This document shows positions 1 through 10,323 of a stretch of 64,000 nt of DNA, piece by piece. The stretch lies in assembly GCA_965112155.1 (NCBI GenBank), contig OZ218107.1; one strand, given 5' to 3'. The notes under the pieces were generated by a model that saw only the letters and a program-made list of their open reading frames with translations, did no database searches and had not been told where the DNA came from. The translations under genes were made by a program, and so were the position numbers. The DNA is from Podarcis liolepis. Its lineage: Eukaryota. Numbering within the stretch: position 1 is the first letter of the stretch; every line of letters starts with the position of its first letter.

Positions 1-1299
1 ATGGAGCTGCAGTGATGAGCTGCACCTGTTGATTTTTTGCATAGCGGTGCATCTGCTAAAATTGTGTGTAAGAGGTGGGTGGAAAATACTTGTATTCCAA
101 GCTACGTGGTAAGTGATTCATTTCCACACTCTCCTTAGATGAATCCAGCAGTGCTAGGCATGGCTTCAAAGGGTCTCTCACATAATTGCATAAATAATGA
201 AGAACCACCTTTTACAAGATTCAATTTAAGATATTGTGCCTAATCACACTCATTGTGCAGCTAAACCTCCAAGCCTGACTTTGCTGAAGCAGAAGCAATG
301 ACAACAGATTTCATTGTTTCAATATTAGTTCCAATATTGAGATAATTTTGAGGAATGGCACTTTGCAGGCTTGTTGTTAAGGGCAGTAATGAGCCGCAAA
401 AGGAATAGGATATATGATACCCTTTTTAATTTTTCAAGTACTGTACATACTGTATTTAATCTTTTGCTACAATTGATATTTCCCAAACCATGCATACACT
501 AAAGCAGATTGAATGACCTGATGATTTCAAATATGTGAAAGATGGTGACGGATTAGTCTAATTTTGGGTTTGCAAATAGCATTTGTTATTCTGTCACTTT
601 CTATCTTCTTAAATAGGATATTTCCCCTCAGCCCAATGAAACTAAGTTAAACAGACAGAAGATTAGTGCTAAGATCCACCAGACCTGTGGAGAATGTGCT
701 ACCGTTCTGTATCCCCTATTCCCCCTTGCATTTTTTATTTTATTTTTTTGTGATAGGAATAAAGGGAGGATTGCATATGGATGACAACACTGTTTGTAAT
801 TCCTCCTAAAAATATGAGTGCATAAGGTATTATTATTTATTAAATTTATTACCCACCTTTCATAATTAGATCCCAGGACTAGTTACAACAATTTAAAATT
901 CATTATTAAAAACAGTTAAAACAAATTACAATATGGAATAGGGTGGCAATTCCACACAAATTACTTAGTGTATTTAGTAGCCTAAGATGAAGCCCATAGC
1001 AGAAATGTTCTTTTTAAAAAATTACCAACCATTTTTCTTTTTAAAAAGGTTAGGCTAGGGGAGCTGTAAATGTTTTGACTATCCCCAGATCCATGAGAAC
1101 TAGAAACTGCTTTCTGGAAAATGACAGTTATTGCTCTCACTATTTTGATGACACGAAGTAGGCCAATCTGCTCTGACTCACAGCCTCTTAATGTTGTGCA
1201 CAGTGATGAGGTCATGAGGTAATGGTCTTTTGTTTCTTTTTCTTCCTTCTTATTTCAGGCAACCAGAACAATTCTAACAAGCTTTTAAGCGAGGAAGCC

Positions 1300-1377
1300 A
1301 TGCCGCTCTTTGGAAACACATTCAGTCCAAAGAAAACCCCACCCAGGAAATCAGCCTCACTTTCCAATTTGCACATG
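1300..1377 (+). CDS. CBY1: CBY1 first coding exon (exon begins at 1259)
   Basis: Acceptor ttatttcag|, Kozak gccATG, MPLFGNTFSPKKTPPRKSASLSNLHM, donor GTAAAT. Confidence 0.95.
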
Positions 1378-4300
1378 GTAAATTCCGGAACCTAAAACAG
1401 GTGTCTGGGATCTAATTCTCCCCTTTTTAAAAATAGAGTCCCAGGGTCCCCCAGCTACAGTCAGTCACAAAATAGTGCCTTGGAAATAAGAGAGGCAGAG
1501 CCCGTCACAATCATATCCTGTACACAGAATGTATCATACAGTGGTGCCCCGCAAGACGAATGCCTCGCAAGACGAAAAACTCGCTAGACGAAAGGGTTTT
1601 GTGGTTTTTGAGCTGCTTCGCAAGACGAATTTCCCTATGGGCTTGCTTCGCAAGACGAAAACGTCTTGCGTTTTTTGCAAGTTTGTTTCCTTTTTCTTAA
1701 CACCGTTAATACAGTTGCGACTTGACTTCGAGGAGCAACTCATAGAACGCGGTGTGGTAGCCTTTTTTGAGGTTTTTGGCGATTTTTGAAGCTTTTCCAA
1801 AACTTTCCCGACACCGTGCTTCGCAAGACGAAAAATTCGCTAGACGAAAAAACTCGCGGAACGAATTAATTTCGTCTTGCGAGGCACCACTGTAGACTGG
1901 AGTGTGCTGCCCATAGAAATCCATAAATAATACAGACCATGGGTTTTATACAATTGTGCTCAGTGTAGATTTGAAATTATGTTAGTCATTGCCATTCACC
2001 TCAAAAGGTCTGTTTTGAGCAGGACTAGCATTGGATACAGCCCCATCAATTCTGACCCAAAACTCTTAAGCAGCTGCACAACAGGAACAACTACACAACT
2101 ACACAGGCAACTTATTAATACCTCTAATTTACAAGCGAGGAGTACCAACACTTAGAATAGCTCATCCACTCCTAGAAGGAAAAAGGGTTATGTTTCAGAT
2201 TCTTGCTCTGATTTTTTTCTGAGTGGAAGGTCTGAATCATAATTATTGCAGTGTTTGTGTTGATTAATTTTAAAGGCTTCCAATTGTCTTTTAAAAACAA
2301 ATAAACCATGCATCTTTGTTACACTGTGTGTCTGTCCCCCGTACCACTGTTTTAGAAGGTAAAATCTTGGATTGACAAAACCAGGGATGGGGAATATTAT
2401 TCAACCCAAGGGCCCCTGTGGGGAACCTTTTGAGGGCCACATGCCAGTTATTGGCAAGATCAGAGTCAAAGTGGACAGAGCAATGAATATTTGTATAGTT
2501 GAGTTGAGGAGAATGAAAACAAAACGTTGTGTCCATTTTCCTCCTACAGCTGGATAGATCAAGCCGGGAGATTGAGCTAGGCCTGGAGTATGGCACTCCT
2601 GTCATGACCCTTACTGGACAGAGTATGAGGTTTGAGAATGGCCAGTGGATAGCAGGTGAGAGAGAACACTAATCCCGTTAGCCATAATCCAAAAGCAATC
2701 CTTATCAGGTTCTCAGTGGCCTCATCCTTTTCCTCAGAAGATACAACTCTTGCAATAACCCCCAGCCATTTGAGTCTGTACTCCCATTGTCCTCCACACC
2801 TCCTTATTTGATGTATTCTGGCAAATAGTACTGTAGTGTTGATGCTGGTTCTGGTTTCCGGCCTTGTGTCAGGAGTGGTATTTTTGTTGTAGTCTGGGTC
2901 TGACTAGGTGCAGATGCCAGCTTGAGTGGGTGGGTGTGCATGGTTCACCAATGGTCATCCATGTCACAAGGTTACTGACACTCTTCTTGGGGCGGACATT
3001 TAATAGGGTATCTTAAAGGTACACCAAGATGTCAGCACATTGACCGTGTTGGATCCCATCTAGCTAATGCAGTTGCTTCTCAGAGCTGCTAGAGGGCTAT
3101 AGTTGCATAGTTTTTGACACTTTTCTATGAGTGAAAGGTGATTCTAGTACTGACCACTTTCTCTCTCCTAGAATCATTTGGGGACACGGGGGACCGCAGG
3201 GAGGCAAACCGCCTTCGGAAACGGATCCAGCAGCTGGAGGAAGAGAACAATCTCCTACAGCTGAAAATTGACATTTTGTTGGATATGGTGAGAATGAGGT
3301 GATTCACTCACCTCTGTGCATCAATATGTCTTTGATATCTACAGTGGTGCCCCGCAAGACGAATGCCTCGCAAGACGGAAAACTCGCTAGACGAAAGAGT
3401 TTTCCGTTTTGGAGGTGCTTCGCAAAACGAATTTCCTATGGGCTTGCTTCGCAAGACGACAATGTCTTGTGAGTTCCTGCTGGTTTCTTTGTATCCCCCC
3501 CTTTTCCTAAGCCGCTAAGGCGCTTATCAGCTGATCCGATCAGCAGATAAGCCGCTAAAAGCAGCTAAAAGCCGCTAATAGCGCTAAGGCGCTTATCAGC
3601 TGATCCAATCAGCAGATAAGCCGCTAAAAGCCTCTAAAAGCCGCTAATAGCGCTAATCCGCTAATTCTTCAATGGGCTTGCTTCACAAGACGAAAAAAAC
3701 CGCTAGACGAAGAGAATCACAGAACGGATTCTTTGCGTCTTGCGAGGCACCACTGTACATTAATTTTTCTGCTTGATACAAAATCAGGGGAATGACAATG
3801 GTGACACAGTGGGTCCATGTCTCGTGGGATTCAAACCAGGCACCAGAACACTTGATGATCTTATTGAGAACCATAGCTGTCAACTTTTCCCTTTTCTTGT
3901 GAGGAAATCTATTCGGAATAAGGGAGTTTCTTTTTAAAGAAGGGAAACGTTGACAGCTATGTTGAGAACCCTGGGTGCCTTTTATGAGAAGACAGGCAGT
4001 GGCAGCATGGCTGCCCAGAAGAGAGCTTTTCCAATATTATTCTATTGATTTCCCCCACAAAGCCCAGGTTCATAAGGAATATGAAATGCATTCCAGAGGA
4101 CTAGTGCTGGCCATTCATTGTAAATGTGCCTCATAACAAGTCCCAGAATCACCTGCAATAGGCAGCAGTTAATGGAAGATGATATGATGTAGAAGGAATT
4201 CCCTCTGGATTTGTAGTTTGAAATCCACTGCTTTAGAGAGAAACAAACAAACGTACTTGTTTTTAAGGGTTACCAACACTAAAACAGCATGGGAAAACAA

Positions 4301-4417
4301 ATGCCATTTTTTGCCATTTCGTCCTTTTATTCATAGCTCTCTGAGACGACTGCAGAGTCTCACCTCATGCAGAAAGAGATGGAGGAACTGAAAAATTATA
4401 GCCGAAAGAGGAAGTGA
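1300..4417 (+). CDS. CBY1: Chibby homolog 1 (beta-catenin antagonist, basal body protein); join(1300..1377,2550..2655,3172..3287,4337..4417), 126 aa
   Basis: Spliced translation MPLFGNTFSPKKTPPRKSASLSNLHM-LDRSSREIELGLEYG...QQLEEENNLLQLKIDILLDM-LSETTAESHLMQKEMEELKNYSRKRK* matches vertebrate CBY1. All introns are GT-AG and phases are consistent. Confidence 0.96.
1539..1892. mobile_element. Non-autonomous Tc1/mariner-pogo (Tigger-like) MITE, family A copy 1
   Basis: TA TSD; TIRs CAGTGGTGCCCCGCAAGACGAA ... TTCGTCTTGCGAGGCACCACTG; subterminal CGCAAGACGAA repeats. Confidence 0.9.
2550..2655 (+). CDS. CBY1: CBY1 coding exon 2
   Basis: cctacag|LDRSSREIELGLEYGTPVMTLTGQSMRFENGQWIA|gtgaga. Confidence 0.95.
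3172..3287 (+). CDS. CBY1: CBY1 coding exon 3 (coiled coil)
   Basis: ctcctag|(E)SFGDTGDRREANRLRKRIQQLEEENNLLQLKIDILLDM|gtgaga. Confidence 0.95.
3342..3755. mobile_element. Tc1/mariner-pogo MITE, family A copy 2, with an internal tandem repeat
   Basis: Same TIRs and TA TSD as 1539-1892. The core holds a duplicated ~70-bp unit (taaggcgcttatcagctgatcc...gccgctaatagcgc). Confidence 0.9.
3872..3961. mobile_element. 90-bp hAT-type micro-MITE
   Basis: 13-bp TIR CATAGCTGTCAAC/GTTGACAGCTATG with a perfect 8-bp TSD TTGAGAAC. Confidence 0.85.
4337..4417 (+). CDS. CBY1: CBY1 last coding exon
   Basis: ttcatag|LSETTAESHLMQKEMEELKNYSRKRK-TGA. Confidence 0.95.
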   Translation, partial: LSETTAESHLMQKEMEELKNYSRKRK

Positions 4418-5596
4418 ACTGGATGTGAGGGCCTCTAGGAGCTGGAAGAGGGGAGAGCAAGAGGATATGGTTAAAACCATCCACTGCAAGGAACTTAGGA
4501 AGCCACACCTGCCTTGGAAGACATTTGTTGTTGTGACCTCACGTTGCTGAATATCTAGCCAGGACTCCAAATGTGAAATACTATTAAGTTCTACAGTGCT
4601 ATCAGAAAGCAGCTATCCTACTTTTCTTCTTCCCTAATGGAGCTTCTATCCAAGTGCTCTTAACATATTTCCGCAATACGCATTTAATCTAATCAGTAGC
4701 AAGTAGTGGTTTGTAGTTAATAAGCATCTCTTCCCACCCACCCAAGAAGGCAATCAAGATCATGGGGTGTGGGGAGAGCAAAAAGAAATGGGAGAAACTG
4801 CTTGCAACATATAGCTACATACTCTTGCTGTCTCTCTCTTAACATGTTTCAGAAATGCTTTTCAATTGGCTGTTTCGTATCTTTGGGTCGCAGAATTCTC
4901 TGGAAAAGTAAGGTCCTGAACCTGAGCCAGTGAGCTGATACAGAGACACCACTGGGGATAGGCAGCATCCTGGGCCCTTACCCTTATAGGCCTGCAATAT
5001 ATGTTAGTGACGGAAACCTTTTATAATCGGAGATGACAGTGAACAATTTGGGAAGTTACATGCTTCAGTTGGTTCACAGTCATTCTGAATAGCAGTGGCC
5101 TATACTCTAAAGCTGACTGACACACCACGGGGGGGGGGGACAGGGGACCTTTTCAGCTCAGCATAGTGGGCCAGATCCTTAGTTCACCCACCTGTCAATC
5201 ACATGACATCACCGTGTTTTGAGGTGACCTATTTTTCCTTTGCAGAGCAGCTTGAGTTCACAGCCACAGTACAGTGGTGTACCGGGAGACCTCTGTCCTA
5301 TATGTTCTTTCATCTTTTCCTTTCCCACGCCAGCCCAGTGATTTGCTGTATTGCCTTATTAATATGGCAGAACTCCACATTGAACAGCTGGTTCTCTTCC
5401 ATTTTTATCCCTCCCCTTCATGATGTATCAGAGTTCTATAACACTCCATGAATTCTGTGTGCATTCTACCTTCTTCCTTATCTTGGTAAAAAACAAATCT
5501 TCAGGCAATTCTTTGTACAGCCACCAGTTCCATTCAGGCCACTGTAAGTTAAATGTTGAGTTGAATTGTTGTATAAATCTATTTTTATACTTTAAA

Positions 5597-5602
5597 AATA
5601 AA
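5597..5602 (+). terminator. Probable CBY1 polyadenylation signal
   Basis: AATAAA followed about 35 nt later by a GU-rich tract (cttgtgtttttgttt). Confidence 0.6.
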
Positions 5603-5906
5603 GTCATTACAGTGTTTCTATTGCTGCAGCGTTGACTTGTGTTTTTGTTTTATTACATAGCCCATTACTCCACTGTGGGTGGTGTTTTAAGGGACATTGT
5701 CCAAGTTCAAGAGAAATCTGGCCCTCCTCAAGATTAACTCCTCAGAAAAGTATTAATCCTATATAAAAAATAATAATTTTAAAAAAGCACCCTGAAAACA
5801 TGGATGCTATATATATTTACATCCACACACACACATTTACCTACCATATTATTTACCCCTTCGGAAGTGCAAAAGCCCCATTTTTCATAATTTACTCTCT
5901 TTAGAA

Positions 5907-6389
5907 CAGTGTTTCCCAACCACTGTTCCGCGGCACACTAGTGTGCCGCGAGATGTTGCCTGGTGTGCCGCGAGATGTTGCCTGGAGGGAGGCGGGCGAG
6001 TCGGGCGGCGAGAGGCGGGGCGGCGGCGGCGAGGAGAGGCCGCCCAGCGCGGGGCTCTCGCCGTCTGCCTGCCTGGCTGCCTGCGAGCTCGGCGGGCAGC
6101 GCCTCCGTCCGCAGCGCCCGCCTCGCGGCTCTCATTCCCTGCCCCTGCCAAAGCTCACCCAGCCAAGCCGCGCTCTCCTTCCTGCCTCGCTTTGCTGCCT
6201 CCTCCCCCCCCACCCCCAAAGCTTGGAGGTTCCCCGGCAAGGGGGGGGGGAAATTGAAACTTACACTTTCGTGCATCCCTCCCGGCGTGACGCTGCGCGC
6301 TGACGTCACGGGGCTGTAATGGTGGTGTGCCTCGAGATTTTTTTCATCAAACAAGTGTGCCTTTGCCCAAAAAAGGTTGGGAAACACTG
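5907..6389. mobile_element. hAT (Charlie-like) non-autonomous element with GC/CpG-rich core
   Basis: TIR CAGTGTTTCCCAACC/GGTTGGGAAACACTG; perfect 8-bp TSD CTTTAGAA (5899-5906, 6390-6397). Confidence 0.92.
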
Positions 6390-6880
6390 CTTTAGAATAA
6401 ATCTTTGTTTGCCTTCTGGAATTTTGTGTCCTCTCTGTGTGTGAATAAAAGGGCCTGCTTTGCTGGTGGGCGGGCGGGAGCTCTTCAACTTTAAAAGCAC
6501 CAGAGCCTCAGAGGTCAGAAAAACAAACACATCTGCCCAAGAAGACTGAGCTCAGTAGCCACGGGATCCTGAATGTCATTGGAAAAATGAAAGAGAGATG
6601 GAGTCGGACTGTCGGAAAGAGGGAAATCCCCTGCCAGATCTCTTCGCATCTTGTTGCAGAGGCAGCCATTGTGGTGGCCTCCAGGTCTTGCTGGACTCAG
6701 CCCCAGCCAACACAGGTCCATAGTCAGGGATGATGGGAGTTGTAGTGCACCAACATCTGGAGGGGGCCACCACATCTTACAATGTCCCTGCCTTATAATT
6801 TCCTGTCGTGGGGAGTGGGTTGGCTGACCAGCACCATAAGCAGAACCACTCTGGTCGTAAGGTGGGAGTACGTTGCAACA

Positions 6881-7542
6881 AAGACTATGGAAGAAAGGGG
6901 TCAAGTTCACTGCATGTACAGTACTAAAGGAAAATATAATGAAAATGATGTACAGATGGTATTTGACCCCTGTAAAATTAGCAAAGATCTACCATAATAG
7001 TGATAATCTATGTTGGAAATGTAAAGAAAAAGAGGGTAGTTTCTATCACATGTGATGGACCTGCCCCAAGGTGAAAGACTTCTGGGAGAAGATTTATAAT
7101 GAATTGAAATATACATTTATTAAGAAACCAGAGGCCTTTCTTCTTGGAATAACAGGTATGGAATTGCCCAAGAAAGATGTTAAATTATTTTTGTATGCCA
7201 CAAATGCTGCTCGAATTTTATTAGCTAAGAATTGGAAAACACAAGAAGTACCAACAGTGGAAGATTGGCAGATGAAGATGATGGACTTCTTGGAGCTAGC
7301 CGACCTGACTGGGAGAATCCGCGACCAGAAGAAGGAGGACTATCAGGAAGAATGGACGAAATTTAAAGATTATCTAGATAAACATGTTAAGTTAATTTAA
7401 TTGAAAAAGCTTGTAAATACCAGATAGGCCTAGGATTTTAACATGTTAAGGGATGAATTAAGATGTTGTAATGCTGAATTGAAAAGAAAGAAAGATGTTA
7501 AGGACTAAGTTAATTTTTTAAGAATATTGGTGTTGGAAAACC

Positions 7543-7592
<50 letters not shown>

Positions 7593-8724
7593 TTATTTAT
7601 ACCCCGCCCATCTGGCTGGGCCTCCCCAGCTACTCTGGGCGACTTCCATAAAAACCAAAAATACACTAAAATATCACACGTTAAAAACTTCCCTGAACAG
7701 GGCTGCCTTAAGATGTCTTCTGAATGTCAGGTAGTTGTTTATCGCTTTGACATCTGCTGGAAGGGCGTTCCACAGGGCGGGTACTACTACCGAGAAGGCC
7801 CTCTGCCTGGTTCCCTGTAGCTTTGCTTCTCGCAATGAGGGAACCGCCAGAAGGCCCTCGGCGCGGGACTTCAGTGTCCGGGCAGAACGATGGGGGTGGA
7901 GACGCTCCTTCAGGTATACTGGACCGAGGCCGTTTAGGGCTTTAAAGGTCAGCACCAACACTTTGAATTGTGCTCGGAAACGTACTGGGAGCCAATGTAG
8001 GTCTTTCAAGACCGGTGTTATATGGTCTTGGCGGCCGCCCCCAGTCACCAGTCTAGCTGCCGCATTCTGGATTAGTTGTAGTTTCCGAGTCACCTTCAAA
8101 GGTAGCCCCACGTAGAGCGCATTGCAGTAGTCCAAGCGGGAGATAACCAGAGCATGCACCACTCTGGCGAGACAGTCCGCAGGCAGATAGGGTCTCAGCC
8201 TACGTACCAGATGGAGCTGGTAAACAGCTGCCCTGGATAGAGATTTGACCTGTGCCTCCATGGACAGCTGTGAGTCCAAAATGACTCCCAGGCTGCGCAC
8301 CTGGTCCTTCAGGGGCACAGTTACCCCATTCAGGACCAGGGAATCCTCCACACCAGCCCGCCCCCTGTCCCCCCAAAACAGTACTTCTGTCATGTCAGGA
8401 TTCAACCTCAATCTGTTAGCCGCCATCCATCCTCCAACTGCCTCCAGACACTCACACAGGACCTTCACCGCCTTCACTGGTTCTGATTTGAAAGAGAGGT
8501 AGAGCTGGGTATCATCCGCATACTGATGAACACCCAGCCCAAACCTCCTGATGATCTTAAAATGATCTACACTGAAATTCAACCAGGGAGACACGAGGAA
8601 GTCACTTAACAAAGTTACTGAAGTTTAGTTTAAACAGAGTGAAGATTTATGTTTGTTTGTATTGTTTGTTTGTTTGTTTTTAAAGCTTTCGGAAAAACTA
8701 ATAAAAGTTTGTGGGGGGGAAAGA
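6881..8724 (+). mobile_element. 5'-truncated L1-clade LINE (ORF2 C-terminus plus 3' UTR), interrupted by an L2
   Basis: Peptide KFTACTVLKENIMKMMYRWYLTP...CWKC...FYHM*WTC (Cys/His motif, internal stop). 3' UTR resumes after ~8556 with AATAAA at ~8700. 15-bp TSD GAGTACG(T/C)TGCAACA at 6866-6880 and 8725-8739. Confidence 0.85.
7545..8556 (-). mobile_element. 5'-truncated L2-clade LINE (RT C-terminal half, open frame) with (ATT)n tail
   Basis: ORF 7674-8612(-) contains QYADDTQLY, SRLDYCNALY and LHWLPVRFR motifs typical of L2/CR1-group RT; (AAT)n at 7545-7593. Confidence 0.92.
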
Positions 8725-8739
8725 GAGTACGCTGCAACA

Positions 8740-9400
8740 TCCCACAATTCAGCTCAGAGAACAAGGAGCTGCCGCGTCTGCAACTCGGGGCTGCCTTTGC
8801 ACGACGACAACGAGCGAGCTCCGCGTTGCCTTTTCAACACTTCCTCCCGTCCGCTGGGTGTCGCTGCGCAGCAGCAGAGCACAGCCCGCGCGCTTCCGCT
8901 CTCCCTCTCTTTCCGCTTCCGGCGACGCTCGCTCTCTCCGCCGCCGGCCGCCAGCTTCGTCGTTGCCTGCCCTCCCCTCGTTGCAGTCATGGCCGCCGCG
9001 ATGCCCCTTTCCCCGGAGGACCTGCTGCTGCCTAAGTCCGCGGCGGGCAAGGCCGAAGAGCTGGAGGAGGAGGTGGAGGACGACGACGACGAGGTAAAGC
9101 CAGCCCCTGCTGCCGCGAAAGCGCCGAGCTTGGCCGGGCGGCCATGTGCGAGGTGACCCCGCTCTGGAGTCGGCCCTGCCTTGGGCCCAGGCGGGGAGCT
9201 CGAGTGAGCTGAAGCCCCGGCCAGGAGACGTGGGAGGAGGAGGAGGAGCAGCGCAGGAAGCGTCTCCTCTGTATGTTTTCTGGAGGGGGCCTTGCACGAG
9301 CCGGGGTGGAGGGGGCTCTACGGAGGGGCGGTGCTGCTGGGAGCGTGGATTGGTGCCTGCTGAGGTTTCCCCTTGCAGGATGACTCCCCGGGTAATAATA
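8740..9400 (+). promoter_or_regulatory. TOMM22 CpG-island promoter with tandem ETS/GABP-like CTTCCG sites
   Basis: CpG-rich; cgcttccgctc and cttccgcttccggcg at ~8890-8924, just upstream of the ATG at 8989. Confidence 0.7.
8989..9093 (+). CDS. TOMM22: TOMM22 exon 1 (acidic cytosolic domain)
   Basis: gtcATGg Kozak; ends EDDDDE|gtaaag. Confidence 0.93.
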
Positions 9401-10273
9401 ATAATACTATTGTTATTATTGGCATCTGGCTGGCCGCTGCTGAGAACGAAGCTCCGGACTAGATCGGCCTTTGTTCCCATTCAGCAGGGCTCTTTCAGTG
9501 TTAACGGGGTCCAGGTTTAGGGAAGCGGATTGTGGGGCGGGTCTTGATTTGTGGGGCTCCCACCCTCATCTCTCCTTTCCCCCATTTGCAGCTGGACGAG
9601 ACGCTGGCAGAGAGGCTCTGGGGCTTGACAGAGATGTTCCCGGAAAGCGTCCGATCGGCGGCTGGAGCTACCTTCGGCGTGTCTCTTTCTGTAGCCCAGA
9701 AAATGTACAGGTGAGGAGGGGTATATGGGAGGTGAGGACCCAAGCCCCTTGGTCCCTGGTCCGCAGATACCTCAGATACCTTACCATGGAGCTACCTTCG
9801 GCGTGTCTCTTTTTGTAGCCCAGAAAATGTACAGGTGAGGAGGGGGAAATGGGAGGTGAGGACCCAAGCGCCTTGGTCCCTGGTCCTCAGATACCATGCG
9901 CAGGTGGCCGCTTATCTATGCCTCGCAAGACTTGTGGTTTGTGGGTGGTTAAGGTAGCCCTTCTCAGGGAAGTGGCTGGCTCCTTCAACCACCAAGGGAT
10001 GGAGAATTGTTAGGGAGTTGGTGGTGTTTTGCGTTTCTTAAGTTGGACAGAGAGCCATTGAGAACGCTTAAACTTCTTAATTCAGAACTCTAGATGTGTG
10101 TGTTTTTAGTGTGAGGACAGAAATGACCCGTTGTAAGCTGTTTGGATAATGATCATCAAGCAGTTGAGAATGTACCATGCATATTCAAGCTTTAATGAAG
10201 AAAAGGCTGAGAAATGAATGCAAATTAAATATAAAAAACCCTTTGCCTGCAAGGAGCCATTGACATGGAATTG

Positions 10274-10323
<50 letters not shown>

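Noticed and set aside
5885-6387. Several overlapping 88-149 aa ORFs
   Set aside because: Artefacts of the GC-rich hAT MITE interior; no domain-like sequence.
8649-9520. Long ORFs on both strands around TOMM22 exon 1 (e.g. 243 aa minus)
   Set aside because: CpG-island stop-codon depletion; only 8989-9093 is homologous coding sequence.
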